A stretch of 56,228 nucleotides of DNA from a virus (IMGVR_UViG_3300033076_000584:1-56228), one strand, 5' to 3'; positions 1 to 9,854 are shown, counted from the first letter of the stretch. A program made the numbers and translations. Notes: generated by a model from the letters alone, not told the origin.

Positions 1-455
1 AGCGGGTGGTTGGTCGCCACGAGCGAAACGCCGTCGCCGCCGACATACGAACCGTTGAAAGCACGGTTCAGGATGTTAGCGCCAAGGGTTTCCTTCGTTT
101 CGATCAGCGACTGTGCGAGGTGACGCGCATAGGTCTGACCGATACGAATGTGGTCGCCGTCTTCGACGAGCACCTTCGTCAGCGCGAATGCAAGGCCGTA
201 GACCTTGTAGACGTAGCGCTGAATGAAGAGCACGCCACCCGACTGGTAGGTGACCGGCATGCCGTCCGGCAGTTCCGGCGCAGCGCCGAAGCCGTACAGG
301 ACGGGTTCTTCGTGGTAGTTACGAGCAATGCCTTGGAAGGTCTTGAAAACCTGTGCATACTCATCGGCCCGCTGATCGTAGATGCCATTGAACTCTTCGT
401 TCAGAATAGGCTCTACAATAGAGCGGAAATCAGTTGAACGCATTGGCGTAGCCAT
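1..455 (-). CDS. Major capsid protein (Mu gpT-like/HK97 fold), N-terminal part; continues across the window junction into 56228..55766
   Basis: Not in the ORF track. Manual translation from ATG 455 (SD AAGGAGG): MATPMRSTDFRSIVEPILNEEFNGIYDQR...YGLAFALTKVLVEDGDHIRIG...GGDGVSLVATNHP. 151 codons + 2 nt, joining in frame with the window end; total 305 aa. Confidence 0.92.
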   Translation of the reverse strand, partial: MATPMRSTDFRSIVEPILNEEFNGIYDQRADEYAQVFKTFQGIARNYHEEPVLYGFGAAPELPDGMPVTYQSGGVLFIQRYVYKVYGLAFALTKVLVEDGDHIRIGQTYARHLAQSLIETKETLGANILNRAFNGSYVGGDGVSLVATNHP

Positions 456-469
456 AGTTCAAGCCCTCC

Positions 470-1051
470 TTAGATAGCGGCCTTATCAGCGACGAACTGA
501 TGTTCGCTGATCTGGACTTCAACAGTGAGATACGCGTCGTCTGCGTTGTCTTGCACAGCATCGCTGAGACCGACAAGACGGACGGAGGCGTTGGCGGCGG
601 CCGATGCAACATCCAGTGCGGCTGTCGACAAACCAGTCGTGCTGTTACCAGCAGTCGTGTTGGCGAAGTCATACTGTTTGCCGATGTCAGCGGTCGTAAC
701 GTTGGCGTTCGTCTGCACTTGGTAGACGATCATCGGGTCAACCGTGACATAAGCAGTGATGGTGGTTGCCGAAGTGGAAGCGGTCCACTTGTTGCTCACG
801 CGATAGCGGCCGTCGCTATCGGTGAACTCCACGCCCTGAAAGGTGCCGATGAAAGCTTCGCCCGTTGCAGCAGCAACGATTGTGCCTTCAGTCTGGCCGC
901 CTGACGTGGCGGGGGCAATGCGAACCGGCTGGTTCTGGAAGATATTGGCAGCGTAGCCCGACGCGATGGTGTAAGCCACCGGACGGATCACACCCGACGG
1001 GTGCGATGAAGGACGCAAGCCAAACGGCTGAGCAGTAGTAGTCATAGCCAT
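470..1051 (-). CDS. Putative capsid decoration/cement protein
   Basis: 193 aa, T/A-rich, PFGLRP...GxFxGVEFTD..YVxxDP pattern; directly upstream of the capsid gene. Confidence 0.6.
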   Translation of the reverse strand: MAMTTTAQPFGLRPSSHPSGVIRPVAYTIASGYAANIFQNQPVRIAPATSGGQTEGTIVAAATGEAFIGTFQGVEFTDSDGRYRVSNKWTASTSATTITAYVTVDPMIVYQVQTNANVTTADIGKQYDFANTTAGNSTTGLSTAALDVASAAANASVRLVGLSDAVQDNADDAYLTVEVQISEHQFVADKAAI

Positions 1052-1080
1052 TTACCTCTTGATGGTTGAGAGACCGGCCA

Positions 1081-1620
1081 TCAGAAAATACCTCTGGCCG
1101 GAGCGTAATCGCCCACTTCACGCATCCCATCGCTTTCCAGCAGCCTGCCACCAGCGCGCTCGGCTTGCTCACGCATCAACTGCGCGGTCTCGTCGAGCTT
1201 CTCTTCCTCACGCAACGGTGCGTCGTGGTGAGCCTCCTGCATGTACCTGTAATACAGGGACAAGGGCAGCTTAGCCGCGATCATCTCGTTGACTGCAATG
1301 CAACCAGCGTATTCGCCAGTCTTTTGCGTGACCAATTCCATGCCGGGAACATCTTCAGCGCGGATCAACTCGTAACCGAGGCGAGTGCGCTGTTGAATAG
1401 TATCCGACTTGTTGGTCGTCGTGAGCCAGCAGACATGGTAACCCGGAATGTCGGGGATATTCGGTAAGTGGTCGTTGTATAGGTTCATGCGGAACATCTC
1501 GAGCCGTTCGTCATCGGTCATCTCGCGGTTCTCTGACACATGACGATCAGTTTCCCCACGAGCGCGACGGCTATCACCCAGTTCACGCTTCAGGCGTTCA
1601 TCCATACGTTCTTCAGTCAT
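1081..1620 (-). CDS. Conserved head-module hypothetical protein
   Basis: 179 aa, SD AGGAG, PxIPGYHxCWL...GYE motif; lies between scaffold and capsid genes. Confidence 0.6.
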   Translation of the reverse strand: MTEERMDERLKRELGDSRRARGETDRHVSENREMTDDERLEMFRMNLYNDHLPNIPDIPGYHVCWLTTTNKSDTIQQRTRLGYELIRAEDVPGMELVTQKTGEYAGCIAVNEMIAAKLPLSLYYRYMQEAHHDAPLREEEKLDETAQLMREQAERAGGRLLESDGMREVGDYAPARGIF

Positions 1621-1634
1621 TAGCTCTCTCCTTT

Positions 1635-2588
1635 TTAGCGAGCTGAGTTGTTACGATCATATTCTTGATACGCCTTGAGCTGAGACTTCCGGCGAACCGG
1701 ATCATCCCAAATGCCCGCTTCGATCATAGCCTGTTTTCTTTCCGGTGTCACGTATACTTCTTTACGTGTGGAAACAGGCGCATGTTCACGGGTGTTGCCA
1801 GTCGGCGGTGCCTTGCGGCGAGGGGCGGCTTCACGAGACGGAGCCTCGTCACCACCAATTCGGATAGCGACACGACGCGTCAGTTCGTGCCAGTATTCTT
1901 CCGATGCAGGGTTCCAGCCTTCAGCAGCCAGAGCGTTGTCAATCGCCGTAGTGATTGCGCTGTCCTCATCGCGGCCGTTGGGCTTATACCAAGGATTAGC
2001 ATCCAGCCATTGGCTCCGATAGTCCGCGATACGCGGATCGGTACGCGGCGCGGTTGCCTGCTGGGCGTATTGCTCAGCCTGCTGCTGGGCCTGTGCCAGT
2101 TGCGCGGCGCGGATATTCGCCTCATCGCGGATACGCATGGCCTGCGTCACGTCGTCACCATTGCCAGCCTCGATAGCCTTCGCAATGATGAGTTCGGCCT
2201 GCTGCTTTTCGTACAGGGCTTGCTGATACTGCTGAGCGATAGTTTGGGCCTGCTGCGAGAGCGTGTTACCCTCGAGGGCAGACATACGCTGCATGAGCTC
2301 TGCGTTTTGCTGGCGCAGGTATTCAATCTCACGCTTGGCGCGTTCCTTGGCCTGCTTCTGGATCTCACGACGGGTGCGGCGGTCGCGCGTCTGACGCTTA
2401 GTGACCTCCTGTTCTGTGTCCTCATCGGACACGCCCATCCGCTCCTCATCCTCATCCTCATCGTCGGATTGCTCCTCAGGCTCTTCAGCCTTGGGCTCAT
2501 CCTCTTGATAAACGGGGATTTTTTCGTCTTCTGTCTCTACAACGACGAGATCATCATCGTCATTCTCGTTGAACACATCTTCAGCCAT
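1635..2588 (-). CDS. Putative head scaffolding protein
   Basis: Acidic N-terminus, long coiled coil, WxxxNPWY motif, basic C-terminal tail; typical position. Confidence 0.7.
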   Translation of the reverse strand: MAEDVFNENDDDDLVVVETEDEKIPVYQEDEPKAEEPEEQSDDEDEDEERMGVSDEDTEQEVTKRQTRDRRTRREIQKQAKERAKREIEYLRQQNAELMQRMSALEGNTLSQQAQTIAQQYQQALYEKQQAELIIAKAIEAGNGDDVTQAMRIRDEANIRAAQLAQAQQQAEQYAQQATAPRTDPRIADYRSQWLDANPWYKPNGRDEDSAITTAIDNALAAEGWNPASEEYWHELTRRVAIRIGGDEAPSREAAPRRKAPPTGNTREHAPVSTRKEVYVTPERKQAMIEAGIWDDPVRRKSQLKAYQEYDRNNSAR

Positions 2589-2616
2589 GACCGGCTCCTT
2601 TCATCAGCCTTATGGA

Positions 2617-3045
2617 TCAGACGAAGGCCTTCATTGCGAGCGGATCGCCCGTAACTCGACCAATCAGATCCAGATCGTTTAAAATTACGAAGATGACTTC
2701 CTGATCATCGTCGATTTTGATTGTCCACTTATCGCCGCCGTACTTGGGGACGCGGACAAAGTCCCCCGGATTGCACCATGACCCCTCGGGCCAAGGCTCC
2801 TGCGTGTTACGGTTTTTGAAGGCGAGAGACCCAACAGCCACCACCTTAGCAACCTGCGTGTTCCAAGTCTCAGTGTCCTTGGTATCGCCGGTCAGGATGA
2901 TGCCGCCTGCGGTCTTTTTCTTCGCCAGACGGATCTGACAAAGCACGCGAGAGCCAAACGGCTCAACGCCCGGATCAATCGCCGGGAAAGCCTCATCGAG
3001 GCTCTCGTAGGTGAATTGAACCTTATTCAGTACGAAGTCTTGCAT
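2617..3045 (-). CDS. groES: Phage co-chaperonin GroES (Cpn10)
   Basis: PFGSRVL...KKTAGGIIL...VVAVG...GDFV..PKYGG...ILNDLDLIG, the GroES signature. Confidence 0.9.
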   Translation of the reverse strand: MQDFVLNKVQFTYESLDEAFPAIDPGVEPFGSRVLCQIRLAKKKTAGGIILTGDTKDTETWNTQVAKVVAVGSLAFKNRNTQEPWPEGSWCNPGDFVRVPKYGGDKWTIKIDDDQEVIFVILNDLDLIGRVTGDPLAMKAFV

Positions 3046-3063
3046 GGTGCTCCTTCCCGCAAG

Positions 3064-3258
3064 TTATAGATCAAAGCCTTTTCGCTCTTCTTCCGCGACC
3101 ATGTTGAGTAGCGTGGTCTTGGCAAGCTCTAGGCCAGCGTACATGCCGATCACCTTACCGTATTCGTAAAGGTCACGGCCTTGAGGTTGTTGCAGCGCAT
3201 CGCGGGCCAGTTCGGTCTGCGATTGCTCCAGTCGCTGCAACAGTGTCTCAATTCTCAT
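3064..3258 (-). CDS. Small conserved portal-adjacent protein
   Basis: 64 aa, YGKVIGMYAGL motif; ATGA overlap with the upstream ORF. Confidence 0.6.
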   Translation of the reverse strand: MRIETLLQRLEQSQTELARDALQQPQGRDLYEYGKVIGMYAGLELAKTTLLNMVAEEERKGFDL

Positions 3259-3380
3259 GCAGGCGTCTTTGGCATCGACGGAACCTTGGGCATTTCACCC
3301 ATGGCCATCCGCTTGTGCTGCTTCACGCCTTCGCCCTTTTGGGCAACGTCACTTGTGTTCGGCTTATCGCTCTTAGCCAT
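3255..3380 (-). CDS. Small basic hypothetical protein (41 aa)
   Basis: Below track cutoff. SD AAGGAGG; MAKSDKPNTSDVAQKGEGVKQHKRMAMGEMPKVPSMPKTPA fills the gap after the portal. Confidence 0.6.
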   Translation of the reverse strand: MAKSDKPNTSDVAQKGEGVKQHKRMAMGEMPKVPSMPKTPA

Positions 3381-3390
3381 CACGGCCTCC

Positions 3391-5919
3391 TTACGGTTGC
3401 GGGTTTATCCCGGTGCCGGTGGACACCGCGATCTTCTCTCCAGACGCAATCTCGGCAGCGGCAAGCTGCATAGCCGTCTGGTTGTCCTGCATGTTCATCG
3501 CCATGCGGGCGTCAAGTTCAGCACGCTTGCGCTGGTCCTCACGGTCCTGCTTCATCTGTTCGAGTTGCAGGTCGATCTGGGCGCGCGCCTCTTCAAGCTG
3601 CATACGCTGCTGCTCAAGCTGCATGTCAGCCTGATCCTGCATAGCTTGTGCCTGCATCTTCTGGCTCTCAAGCTGCAATTGCGCCTGATCATTCTGTGCT
3701 TGCGCTGCCATTTTCTGCTGCTCGACAGCGATACGCGGGTCTTGCGGCATGTTCGGCTGCTGGAATTGCTGGATGACCTGCTGCACCTGCTGAATGACAG
3801 GGGGCAGGCTCTGGAAGACGTTCGGCGCTTCGTTTGCCACGGTCTGAGATGCCTCGGCCAGCATACGGTCAAACGCCTGCTTGGCTTCGGGATCTTTCAC
3901 CTTCTTCATGTCTTCCACAACGTCGGTGCCTGACACCTCTTCGGACAACTCAAGCACGCTCGAGACGTACCAAAGGGCCAAGTGCTCCTTCAGGTGGTTT
4001 AACATAATCGGGAGATAGACGGGCGCAATGATCGGGTTCATGCCCAGAACCGGGTTCATCATGTACGCCAAGTGCGTCTTGAGGTGTGCGATGTGGTCCT
4101 GTGCAGGGAAGGCGACAACCGGCCGACCCATTGTCGCTGCCGCGTTCTCGTTCACCGCGTTCTGCTCTTTCGGCTCCATCGGAGGATTGAGCAGCTCCTT
4201 GGCGTTCGGGATCTTCAGCGTATCAAGGATGCGCTCTTCGACCTTACGCACGTTGTAAAGCTGCGGCATGGCGCTCGCACGCTGGGCAACGGCTTGGATC
4301 TGGGCAAAGCGCTGGGCTTCCGAGAAGATGTTCGGGTCAGACACCGGCACAACGTCCAGCGGGCCCTCAAAGTCCTCACGCGTTGCCAGCTCTTCACCGA
4401 CTTCCTCTTCTGTTTCCTCGTCATTGAGGTACATCGCATTGAGGCGGTGCAGGATGCCGAGCAGCTTCTGCATGGAATTGTGCAGGCGAGCGTGGATGGC
4501 GCTGAACACAACCATGCCCTGCTCAAGCTTGGCGAGCGTCGTGCCCACCGGAGCGTTCGGGTTGCCGTCAGCGATGTCGTCCAGCGTCGTGCGGACAACG
4601 CCCTTGCCTGCGTCGATCAGGAAGCCCAGAAGCTGGAACAACACCGGGTTCGGCGGGTTATAGGGCAGGGGCATGACCAGCTTGCGGATGTCGTCTGCTG
4701 CCAAGCCGCCTTCGATCTCCATGACCTGTGTCGGCTGGATCTCAAGAGACTGACCGCCCTTCGAGCCACCCTTCAGCTTGAGCATGGTCTGGCTGTTGCT
4801 GACGTGCGCTGCATCCATCAAGGCGCGTAAAGCACCAGTTGACGCCGCAGACAGGCCGCCGATCATGTGCGGCAGGCCAATCGGGTAGGCACCGCGCCAC
4901 GGCACGAACGGAAACTCGACGAACCACTGAAGCTCTTCCTTGGCCTCGTCCAGCTCATCCCAGTTGCGATAGATGCTCAGAACCTTGCCTGACACCTTGT
5001 CGATGCTGATGATGTAGGGGAGAGCGCCCTCACCCTCAATGTCGGCCAGAGCGTAAACCTCATAGACGGTGCGCAGACCATCCTCGTTATAGCTGCTCTC
5101 GTTACGGCCCTCGATCTTGTTGTTGGCCTTCTCGGCCGCGCTCATGTCGGGCTCCATCGACACCGGGCCGATGTCAACGTCACGGTACATGCCGTCCTTG
5201 ACGCGCTTCTGGTAGTCGATGGCGGTCAGATACTGGACGTGCGTCTTGCGCTGCGCCGTGTAGAAATTGGTCGCGGCAAAGGGCAGGTACATCTCGTCGA
5301 TGCCGACGAACAGAAACTCAGGGCGATTGCGCGCCTCGTTCCATGTGGTCTTGAGGTACTGCGCACCACCCAATGGCACCTGTGTGAGCAATTGCTCAAG
5401 CTCGGCGCGGAACTCAGGGCTCTGCACCGTTAGCTGCCAGTTCATGAATTTGGTCTTGCGCTGAGCCTTGCGCACCTTGTCGGCCGTGATCTCGCCGGGG
5501 ATGAAGTCCTTTACTGGACCCTGAGGGGGTAGCAGCTCCTTGATGGCGCGAGACGCAAAGTCAACGCAGGCCTCAGTGAGCATAGGATGCACGACCTTAG
5601 ACGCACCTTGGAAGTCAGCGCCGCCGGGAGCGTCATCGCCCAGACCAGTGCGACGGATGCCCTCTTCATACTGCTCGTCGCGCTTCTTGCGGGCTTCCTT
5701 ATCCTTCGAGATCAGATCGAGGAACTCAGCGCCAATCTTGCCAAGCTCGCTCTCAGGCATGCCCTCTGCAAGGTTCGCATAGAAGTCGTCCGAGCGCGGC
5801 TCTTCGTCTTCGTCTAGGCTGACGATGGCACCACCGTCATCGGTATCGACAACATCTTGGTCTTCGTCATCGTCCATTTCGATGATTTCGCCTGTGAGGA
5901 TGTTCTCGTCTTCGTCCAT
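3391..5919 (-). CDS. Portal protein (P22-like, long Gln-rich C-terminal barrel)
   Basis: 842 aa after TerL; GASKVVHPMLTEA, NAPVGTTLA and DVVPVSDPNIFS motifs; Q-rich coiled-coil tail. Confidence 0.88.
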   Translation of the reverse strand: MDEDENILTGEIIEMDDDEDQDVVDTDDGGAIVSLDEDEEPRSDDFYANLAEGMPESELGKIGAEFLDLISKDKEARKKRDEQYEEGIRRTGLGDDAPGGADFQGASKVVHPMLTEACVDFASRAIKELLPPQGPVKDFIPGEITADKVRKAQRKTKFMNWQLTVQSPEFRAELEQLLTQVPLGGAQYLKTTWNEARNRPEFLFVGIDEMYLPFAATNFYTAQRKTHVQYLTAIDYQKRVKDGMYRDVDIGPVSMEPDMSAAEKANNKIEGRNESSYNEDGLRTVYEVYALADIEGEGALPYIISIDKVSGKVLSIYRNWDELDEAKEELQWFVEFPFVPWRGAYPIGLPHMIGGLSAASTGALRALMDAAHVSNSQTMLKLKGGSKGGQSLEIQPTQVMEIEGGLAADDIRKLVMPLPYNPPNPVLFQLLGFLIDAGKGVVRTTLDDIADGNPNAPVGTTLAKLEQGMVVFSAIHARLHNSMQKLLGILHRLNAMYLNDEETEEEVGEELATREDFEGPLDVVPVSDPNIFSEAQRFAQIQAVAQRASAMPQLYNVRKVEERILDTLKIPNAKELLNPPMEPKEQNAVNENAAATMGRPVVAFPAQDHIAHLKTHLAYMMNPVLGMNPIIAPVYLPIMLNHLKEHLALWYVSSVLELSEEVSGTDVVEDMKKVKDPEAKQAFDRMLAEASQTVANEAPNVFQSLPPVIQQVQQVIQQFQQPNMPQDPRIAVEQQKMAAQAQNDQAQLQLESQKMQAQAMQDQADMQLEQQRMQLEEARAQIDLQLEQMKQDREDQRKRAELDARMAMNMQDNQTAMQLAAAEIASGEKIAVSTGTGINPQP

Positions 5920-5931
5920 CGCCTGATCCTT

Positions 5932-7386
5932 TTAAATGGCGTAGGGGTTGGAGACGCGCTTAGGTGGCGGCCCAACCTCATCTTTGCGTGCTTGTACAGC
6001 ATCTAGCATGTTTTTGTCTATGCAAAGCCTGATTGCCTGCGTCACGCTGTCCACATAATCGTCATGCTTGATGCTGCCCGGGCCCGTGAAGGCGCACAAT
6101 TGCGCAAGCATTGGCTCGATCCAGTTCTTCGGACGGCCCTCATGCTTGTCGCTCTCAGGCAGCCAGACCATGCGGCGCGCAAAGACAGGGCTCACCATGT
6201 GCAGGCGGGTCAACTTGTCAGCCCGGCCGGGGTTGTAGGCATAGGCATCAATGCGCTCACGCTCGAGCATCTGACGCAGCGAGATACCCGACCCCTTGTC
6301 TTCGATCAGCAGGATGTCAGGCTTGCGTCCGCTCGTTATGGGCTTGCTCGAGCCAAACATGGGCTTGATCAGCGCCTGATCTGCGTCGTCACCATAAGGG
6401 ATGGCCATCTCTTTGCGCACGCGGCGGATGAGATCCGGCATACCCAGATGGTCCTCCCAGCAGTCCAGCAGCATGATGTTGTTGCGCTTCTCATGGAAGA
6501 ACACGCCCCAGACCGTGCAGGCAGTGGCATCAGGGTCACCAGTTCGCTTGTCGAACGTCGCCTCAGTGAAGGCGGTGTCCAGCGACATGATAATCCAGTC
6601 AAAGCGGGGCAGCGGGTTCTTGGCTGGCCAGAGACGGAATTGGCTGCGCTTGATGATGCCGCTTTCTTCTGGGTCGATCAGCTCCCCGTACAGCTCCTGA
6701 CGGCCCAACTGGGTGCCTTCGTACTGCTGAAGCTGGTCGAAGAAGCTGTCAGGCAGGTTTGCCTTGTTGTCATAGGTCGAGCCGGTGATGATATGGCGGC
6801 CCTTCTTGGGCTTCACCAGCTTGCGCACGAGATCCTTAGGCTTCGGCGTTGTGGTCCAGACCACCTGAGGCTTCTCGCCCAGACGCAGGCCCATCATGGC
6901 CATGTCCCATGTCTCATCGTACTGCCACGCAGCGAGCTCGTCGCACCAGATGCGTGTGTGCTGTGGACCGCGCAGACGCTCAGGCTTTTCTGCCGTGAAG
7001 CCGCGAATGATCGACACCTTGCCATCCTCATTGAACATCTCAATGATCATGTCGGTCTTGTTGTAGTTCTTGATCAGCTCAGGCGGTATTACGCTGAGCA
7101 GGCCGCTCTCGCCCTCAAAGCAGGTAAACTTAACGTCCTGATAGGTCGGCGCGATCACTGCGCTGTCGAAGGTGTTGGTGTCCGTATAGACGGCCCGGCC
7201 GAGCCACTCAGCACCGACGCGGGTCTTGCCGAAGCCGCGCCCTGCGAGAATGCCACACTCGAGAAAGTCAAAGTCCAGCCGCTGGTTGTCGCGCGCTGTG
7301 GCATCCCAAGACAGTTGCCAATCAGCATAAGCCAGCTCTGGGAGGCTGTACTCTTCCAGCTCCTCAGGGGACAGGTCGAGTATCAT
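5932..7386 (-). CDS. terL: Terminase large subunit
   Basis: Walker A AGRGFGKT, LRGPQ...WCDELAAW Walker B, TTTP coupling motif, nuclease SLDTA...HDDYVDS. Confidence 0.96.
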   Translation of the reverse strand: MILDLSPEELEEYSLPELAYADWQLSWDATARDNQRLDFDFLECGILAGRGFGKTRVGAEWLGRAVYTDTNTFDSAVIAPTYQDVKFTCFEGESGLLSVIPPELIKNYNKTDMIIEMFNEDGKVSIIRGFTAEKPERLRGPQHTRIWCDELAAWQYDETWDMAMMGLRLGEKPQVVWTTTPKPKDLVRKLVKPKKGRHIITGSTYDNKANLPDSFFDQLQQYEGTQLGRQELYGELIDPEESGIIKRSQFRLWPAKNPLPRFDWIIMSLDTAFTEATFDKRTGDPDATACTVWGVFFHEKRNNIMLLDCWEDHLGMPDLIRRVRKEMAIPYGDDADQALIKPMFGSSKPITSGRKPDILLIEDKGSGISLRQMLERERIDAYAYNPGRADKLTRLHMVSPVFARRMVWLPESDKHEGRPKNWIEPMLAQLCAFTGPGSIKHDDYVDSVTQAIRLCIDKNMLDAVQARKDEVGPPPKRVSNPYAI

Positions 7387-7829
7387 TCAGCGGCCTTGCG
7401 TGCGAGGATGCGGGTGATCTTCTCTTTCTTCTTCTTCACCTCTTCGACCTGCACTGCGCCGCCATCAGCACCAGTGATGCGCTGCTCTTTGGTTTCGCGC
7501 CAGTCTTCTGGGAAACGAGCCGACATAGAGCGTGAGTAAAGCGCAGGCTGGAACTTGTCAGCAAACAGACCAAGGCGACCCTGACGTTCCCACCATCCCT
7601 GCGAAAGCTCGCGCGCGCGTGCGAAGGCGACCGAAAACTCTTCGTGAGCAGCGGGCCATTCATCCTTTAAAGTTGATTTAGCTACGCCGATCTCTGCGGC
7701 CATCTCGACAATGGAATAGCCTTCAGCCCCCATGCGGAGGACATCGTCACAGAACTTGGGATCGTATTTGGAGGGGCGGCCTACTACCCTTATGGGTTTG
7801 CCGTACTTTGGGCCTTCATCATCACTCAT
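7383..7829 (-). CDS. terS: Terminase small subunit
   Basis: GRPSKY plus HTH, W...HEEFS.A..RAR, ITGADGGAVQV tail; overlaps the TerL start. Confidence 0.85.
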   Translation of the reverse strand: MSDDEGPKYGKPIRVVGRPSKYDPKFCDDVLRMGAEGYSIVEMAAEIGVAKSTLKDEWPAAHEEFSVAFARARELSQGWWERQGRLGLFADKFQPALYSRSMSARFPEDWRETKEQRITGADGGAVQVEEVKKKKEKITRILARKAAE

Positions 7830-7868
7830 CGCTTGCTCCGCATCGGGACAGGGCTTCCGATAGGTCTC

Positions 7869-7897
7869 TATCTAAACCTTGTGGTGCGGTAATGCAA
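7869..7897 (-). promoter_or_regulatory. Putative sigma70-type promoter for the packaging/head operon
   Basis: TTGCAT-17 nt-TAGATA upstream of terS. Confidence 0.45.
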
Positions 7898-7961
7898 TGG
7901 TGGCATATGTTGAACCCGATATGCCAGCGGGCGGACTTCCACTTAGGGGTATACGCTGTCT

Positions 7962-8495
7962 TTAGGCTTTGCGAAAGTTAATTATCTGCTCTCGAATGCC
8001 TGCCAGTGTCTCTTTGCGCTTGGCGATAGACGCGTTCCGATCAATCCCGACAAAGTCTTCAGGGTCTGCGTCAGCGCGCTGCATGTCGTACAAGGCGATG
8101 GCCTCGCTCTCATATCGCAGCAACAGGCTGTTGAGATCCTCTTTGGGCTCATCATCCTCCATCGGGCATTCCTCGCCCGGTAGGCAGTCGTAAACCTCGC
8201 GGTAATACTTCAGACCGGCCAACAGGAATAGCTCCATGTCTGGCGGCTCGTCATTGCGCAGTTGGAAGAACTCTTCATAGGGCATCTCGAAGACGATCTC
8301 ATTCCCTGCGCCCTCGACGTAAATATCGAGCTCCATGCGGATGTTGCCATCAATGGGATATACATCAATCCGCACATCCTTGAGCCATTCGGTGATATGG
8401 CTGTTGATTAGGTTCCACATACCCTCTTCAAAGCCGCTGAATTTGCTCTCAACATCCACGATGCCGTCGAACTTGGTCATGTCTACGTATGTCAT
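7962..8495 (-). CDS. Acidic hypothetical protein
   Basis: 177 aa ORF with SD; ATGA overlap with the upstream ORF. Confidence 0.6.
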   Translation of the reverse strand: MTYVDMTKFDGIVDVESKFSGFEEGMWNLINSHITEWLKDVRIDVYPIDGNIRMELDIYVEGAGNEIVFEMPYEEFFQLRNDEPPDMELFLLAGLKYYREVYDCLPGEECPMEDDEPKEDLNSLLLRYESEAIALYDMQRADADPEDFVGIDRNASIAKRKETLAGIREQIINFRKA

Positions 8496-8887
8496 TCTGC
8501 ACTCCCCTCTATAGCATCAACATCATCCGCTATTTTGCGCAGTATTGCAGACACCTGAGAGGGCGGATCGTTATACCACTCCTTGGAGATCTGCGCATAG
8601 GACAGGAAAATGTCCCCTACATCAACACTAAAATTAGCGATGAAATCGTCATGATCTGGGGCTTTTAGGAATATGTCGAGAAGGCCTTCTTCGATGTTTA
8701 ATCTACAGCACAATGCCCCCGGCTTGGTAAGCCATCGCTCAAACATCTTCTCAACGACCTCGTAAGCAGCGATGCTCATAAACTCGCCGTCTTTTTCGTG
8801 ATCGTGGATTGAGTGATAAACACCCCCACCCTCATCTCCGAAATCAACCAAAGCTGCATCGCAAAACTCAGTATGATAGCTTTTCAC
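8492..8887 (-). CDS. Acidic hypothetical protein
   Basis: 131 aa ORF in a tightly packed early operon. Confidence 0.55.
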   Translation of the reverse strand: MKSYHTEFCDAALVDFGDEGGGVYHSIHDHEKDGEFMSIAAYEVVEKMFERWLTKPGALCCRLNIEEGLLDIFLKAPDHDDFIANFSVDVGDIFLSYAQISKEWYNDPPSQVSAILRKIADDVDAIEGSAE

Positions 8888-8890
8888 GGC

Positions 8891-9124
8891 TCAATACTCC
8901 CAGATCTTGATTTCGCGGATCTCGGCCAGCGGGATCTCAATGGTGGTCCACTCGCGACGGCAGATCACCTTGTCTTCGGTGACCTCACGGATCGGCAGGT
9001 TAGTGCCAATGCCATTGCCACGAATGTAGATCGACTGCGGGTTCGGACGGCTGCCGGGGGTCGTGATGTTCGCCTTGAGGAAATCTGCGATCTCGGCGCG
9101 GTTCTGGTTGGTTACTTCAATCAT
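8891..9124 (-). CDS. Hypothetical protein (77 aa)
   Basis: Start moved to ATG 9124 (MIEVTNQ), preceded by AGGAGG and leader hairpin copy B. Confidence 0.65.
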   Translation of the reverse strand: MIEVTNQNRAEIADFLKANITTPGSRPNPQSIYIRGNGIGTNLPIREVTEDKVICRREWTTIEIPLAEIREIKIWEY

Positions 9125-9160
9125 GTCTGCCTCCTGTGGGGGCCGAAGCCCCCCTCCCCT
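9125..9160 (-). promoter_or_regulatory. Leader hairpin-RBS cassette, copy B (no promoter)
   Basis: GGGGGC-TTCG-GCCCCC-AC-AGGAGG-CAGAC-ATG. Confidence 0.7.
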
Positions 9161-9163
9161 CAA

Positions 9164-9589
9164 TCAAAACTCTGGGTTAAGTTCGCGGTGATGGCCCGAA
9201 ACCAAGGCCCACGTGCCGTTGTTGATCCACGAACCGCTCTCACGACGGCGATAGAACTTGCGGCCAGTGCTGGTGGTGATGAGCTTGAGGCTCTTGCTGA
9301 TCGCGGTGATGACGCCGCAGGGGTAGTAGTCACCGTTGAAAGCATAGGACACTTCGGCACCTACAACCGGAGCCTCGACAACGTCGAAGCGGGGCGACAC
9401 CCACTCACCAGCGTCGGTTGCGATATGGAGGCGGCCAGTCAGCTTGGTTGCGCTATCAGCGATACGCTGCGCGTCTTCAATGCTGTCGAAATCCCAGCGG
9501 CTGGTCCAACGTGTGTAATCTGCGCCCTCAGGAAAAGCCTTTGCGATGGCGGTAACTTCGTTGGCGGCGTTCAGTTCAAAGTGCAACAT
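9164..9589 (-). CDS. Early hypothetical protein
   Basis: 141 aa; first gene after cassette A, SD GGAG. Confidence 0.7.
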   Translation of the reverse strand: MLHFELNAANEVTAIAKAFPEGADYTRWTSRWDFDSIEDAQRIADSATKLTGRLHIATDAGEWVSPRFDVVEAPVVGAEVSYAFNGDYYPCGVITAISKSLKLITTSTGRKFYRRRESGSWINNGTWALVSGHHRELNPEF

Positions 9590-9694
9590 GTTCAGTCTCC
9601 AGTTGTGGGGCAGAAGCCCCGTTGACCAATTCTCTTTGAACGATGTTTATTCACATTACAATAGGAAAAATGCACTAAGTGTCGTTTTTTTTCG
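9590..9694 (-). promoter_or_regulatory. Early promoter + leader hairpin-RBS cassette, copy A
   Basis: CGAAAAAAAACGACACTTAGTGCATTTTTC UP-like tract, TTGTAA-17-CAAAGA (weak -10), GGTCAAC-GGGGC-TTCT-GCCCC-AC-AACT-GGAG. Confidence 0.65.
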
Positions 9695-9854
9695 ATAGGG
9701 CCTCGAGCTCCCTAATCGCCCAGTTCAGGCCTTGGATCTCCACCCCCATGTCATGCAGGCCATGCGCGTCTTTGGCTTGCATGAACACCCCGGCCATCTC
9801 CCAGCATATGCGTACCCTATCTTGCAGGGCTGCGATCCGCTCTTGTGGGCTCAT
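9675..9854 (-). CDS. Hypothetical protein (59 aa)
   Basis: Manual translation MSPQERIAALQDRVRICWEMAG...SKKNDT; ATGA-coupled to its neighbour. Confidence 0.5.
   Translation of the reverse strand: MSPQERIAALQDRVRICWEMAGVFMQAKDAHGLHDMGVEIQGLNWAIRELEALSKKNDT

Noticed and set aside
1665-7539. Long plus-strand ORFs (e.g. 1665..2654, 6064..7539; likewise 26751..27815, 32585..33664)
   Set aside because: Antisense shadows of well-supported minus-strand genes in GC-rich DNA; no recognisable motifs
7901-7926. Inverted repeat TGGCATAT...ATATGCCA as a pac or cos site
   Set aside because: Could equally be a weak terminator or operator; nothing in the sequence alone identifies the packaging site
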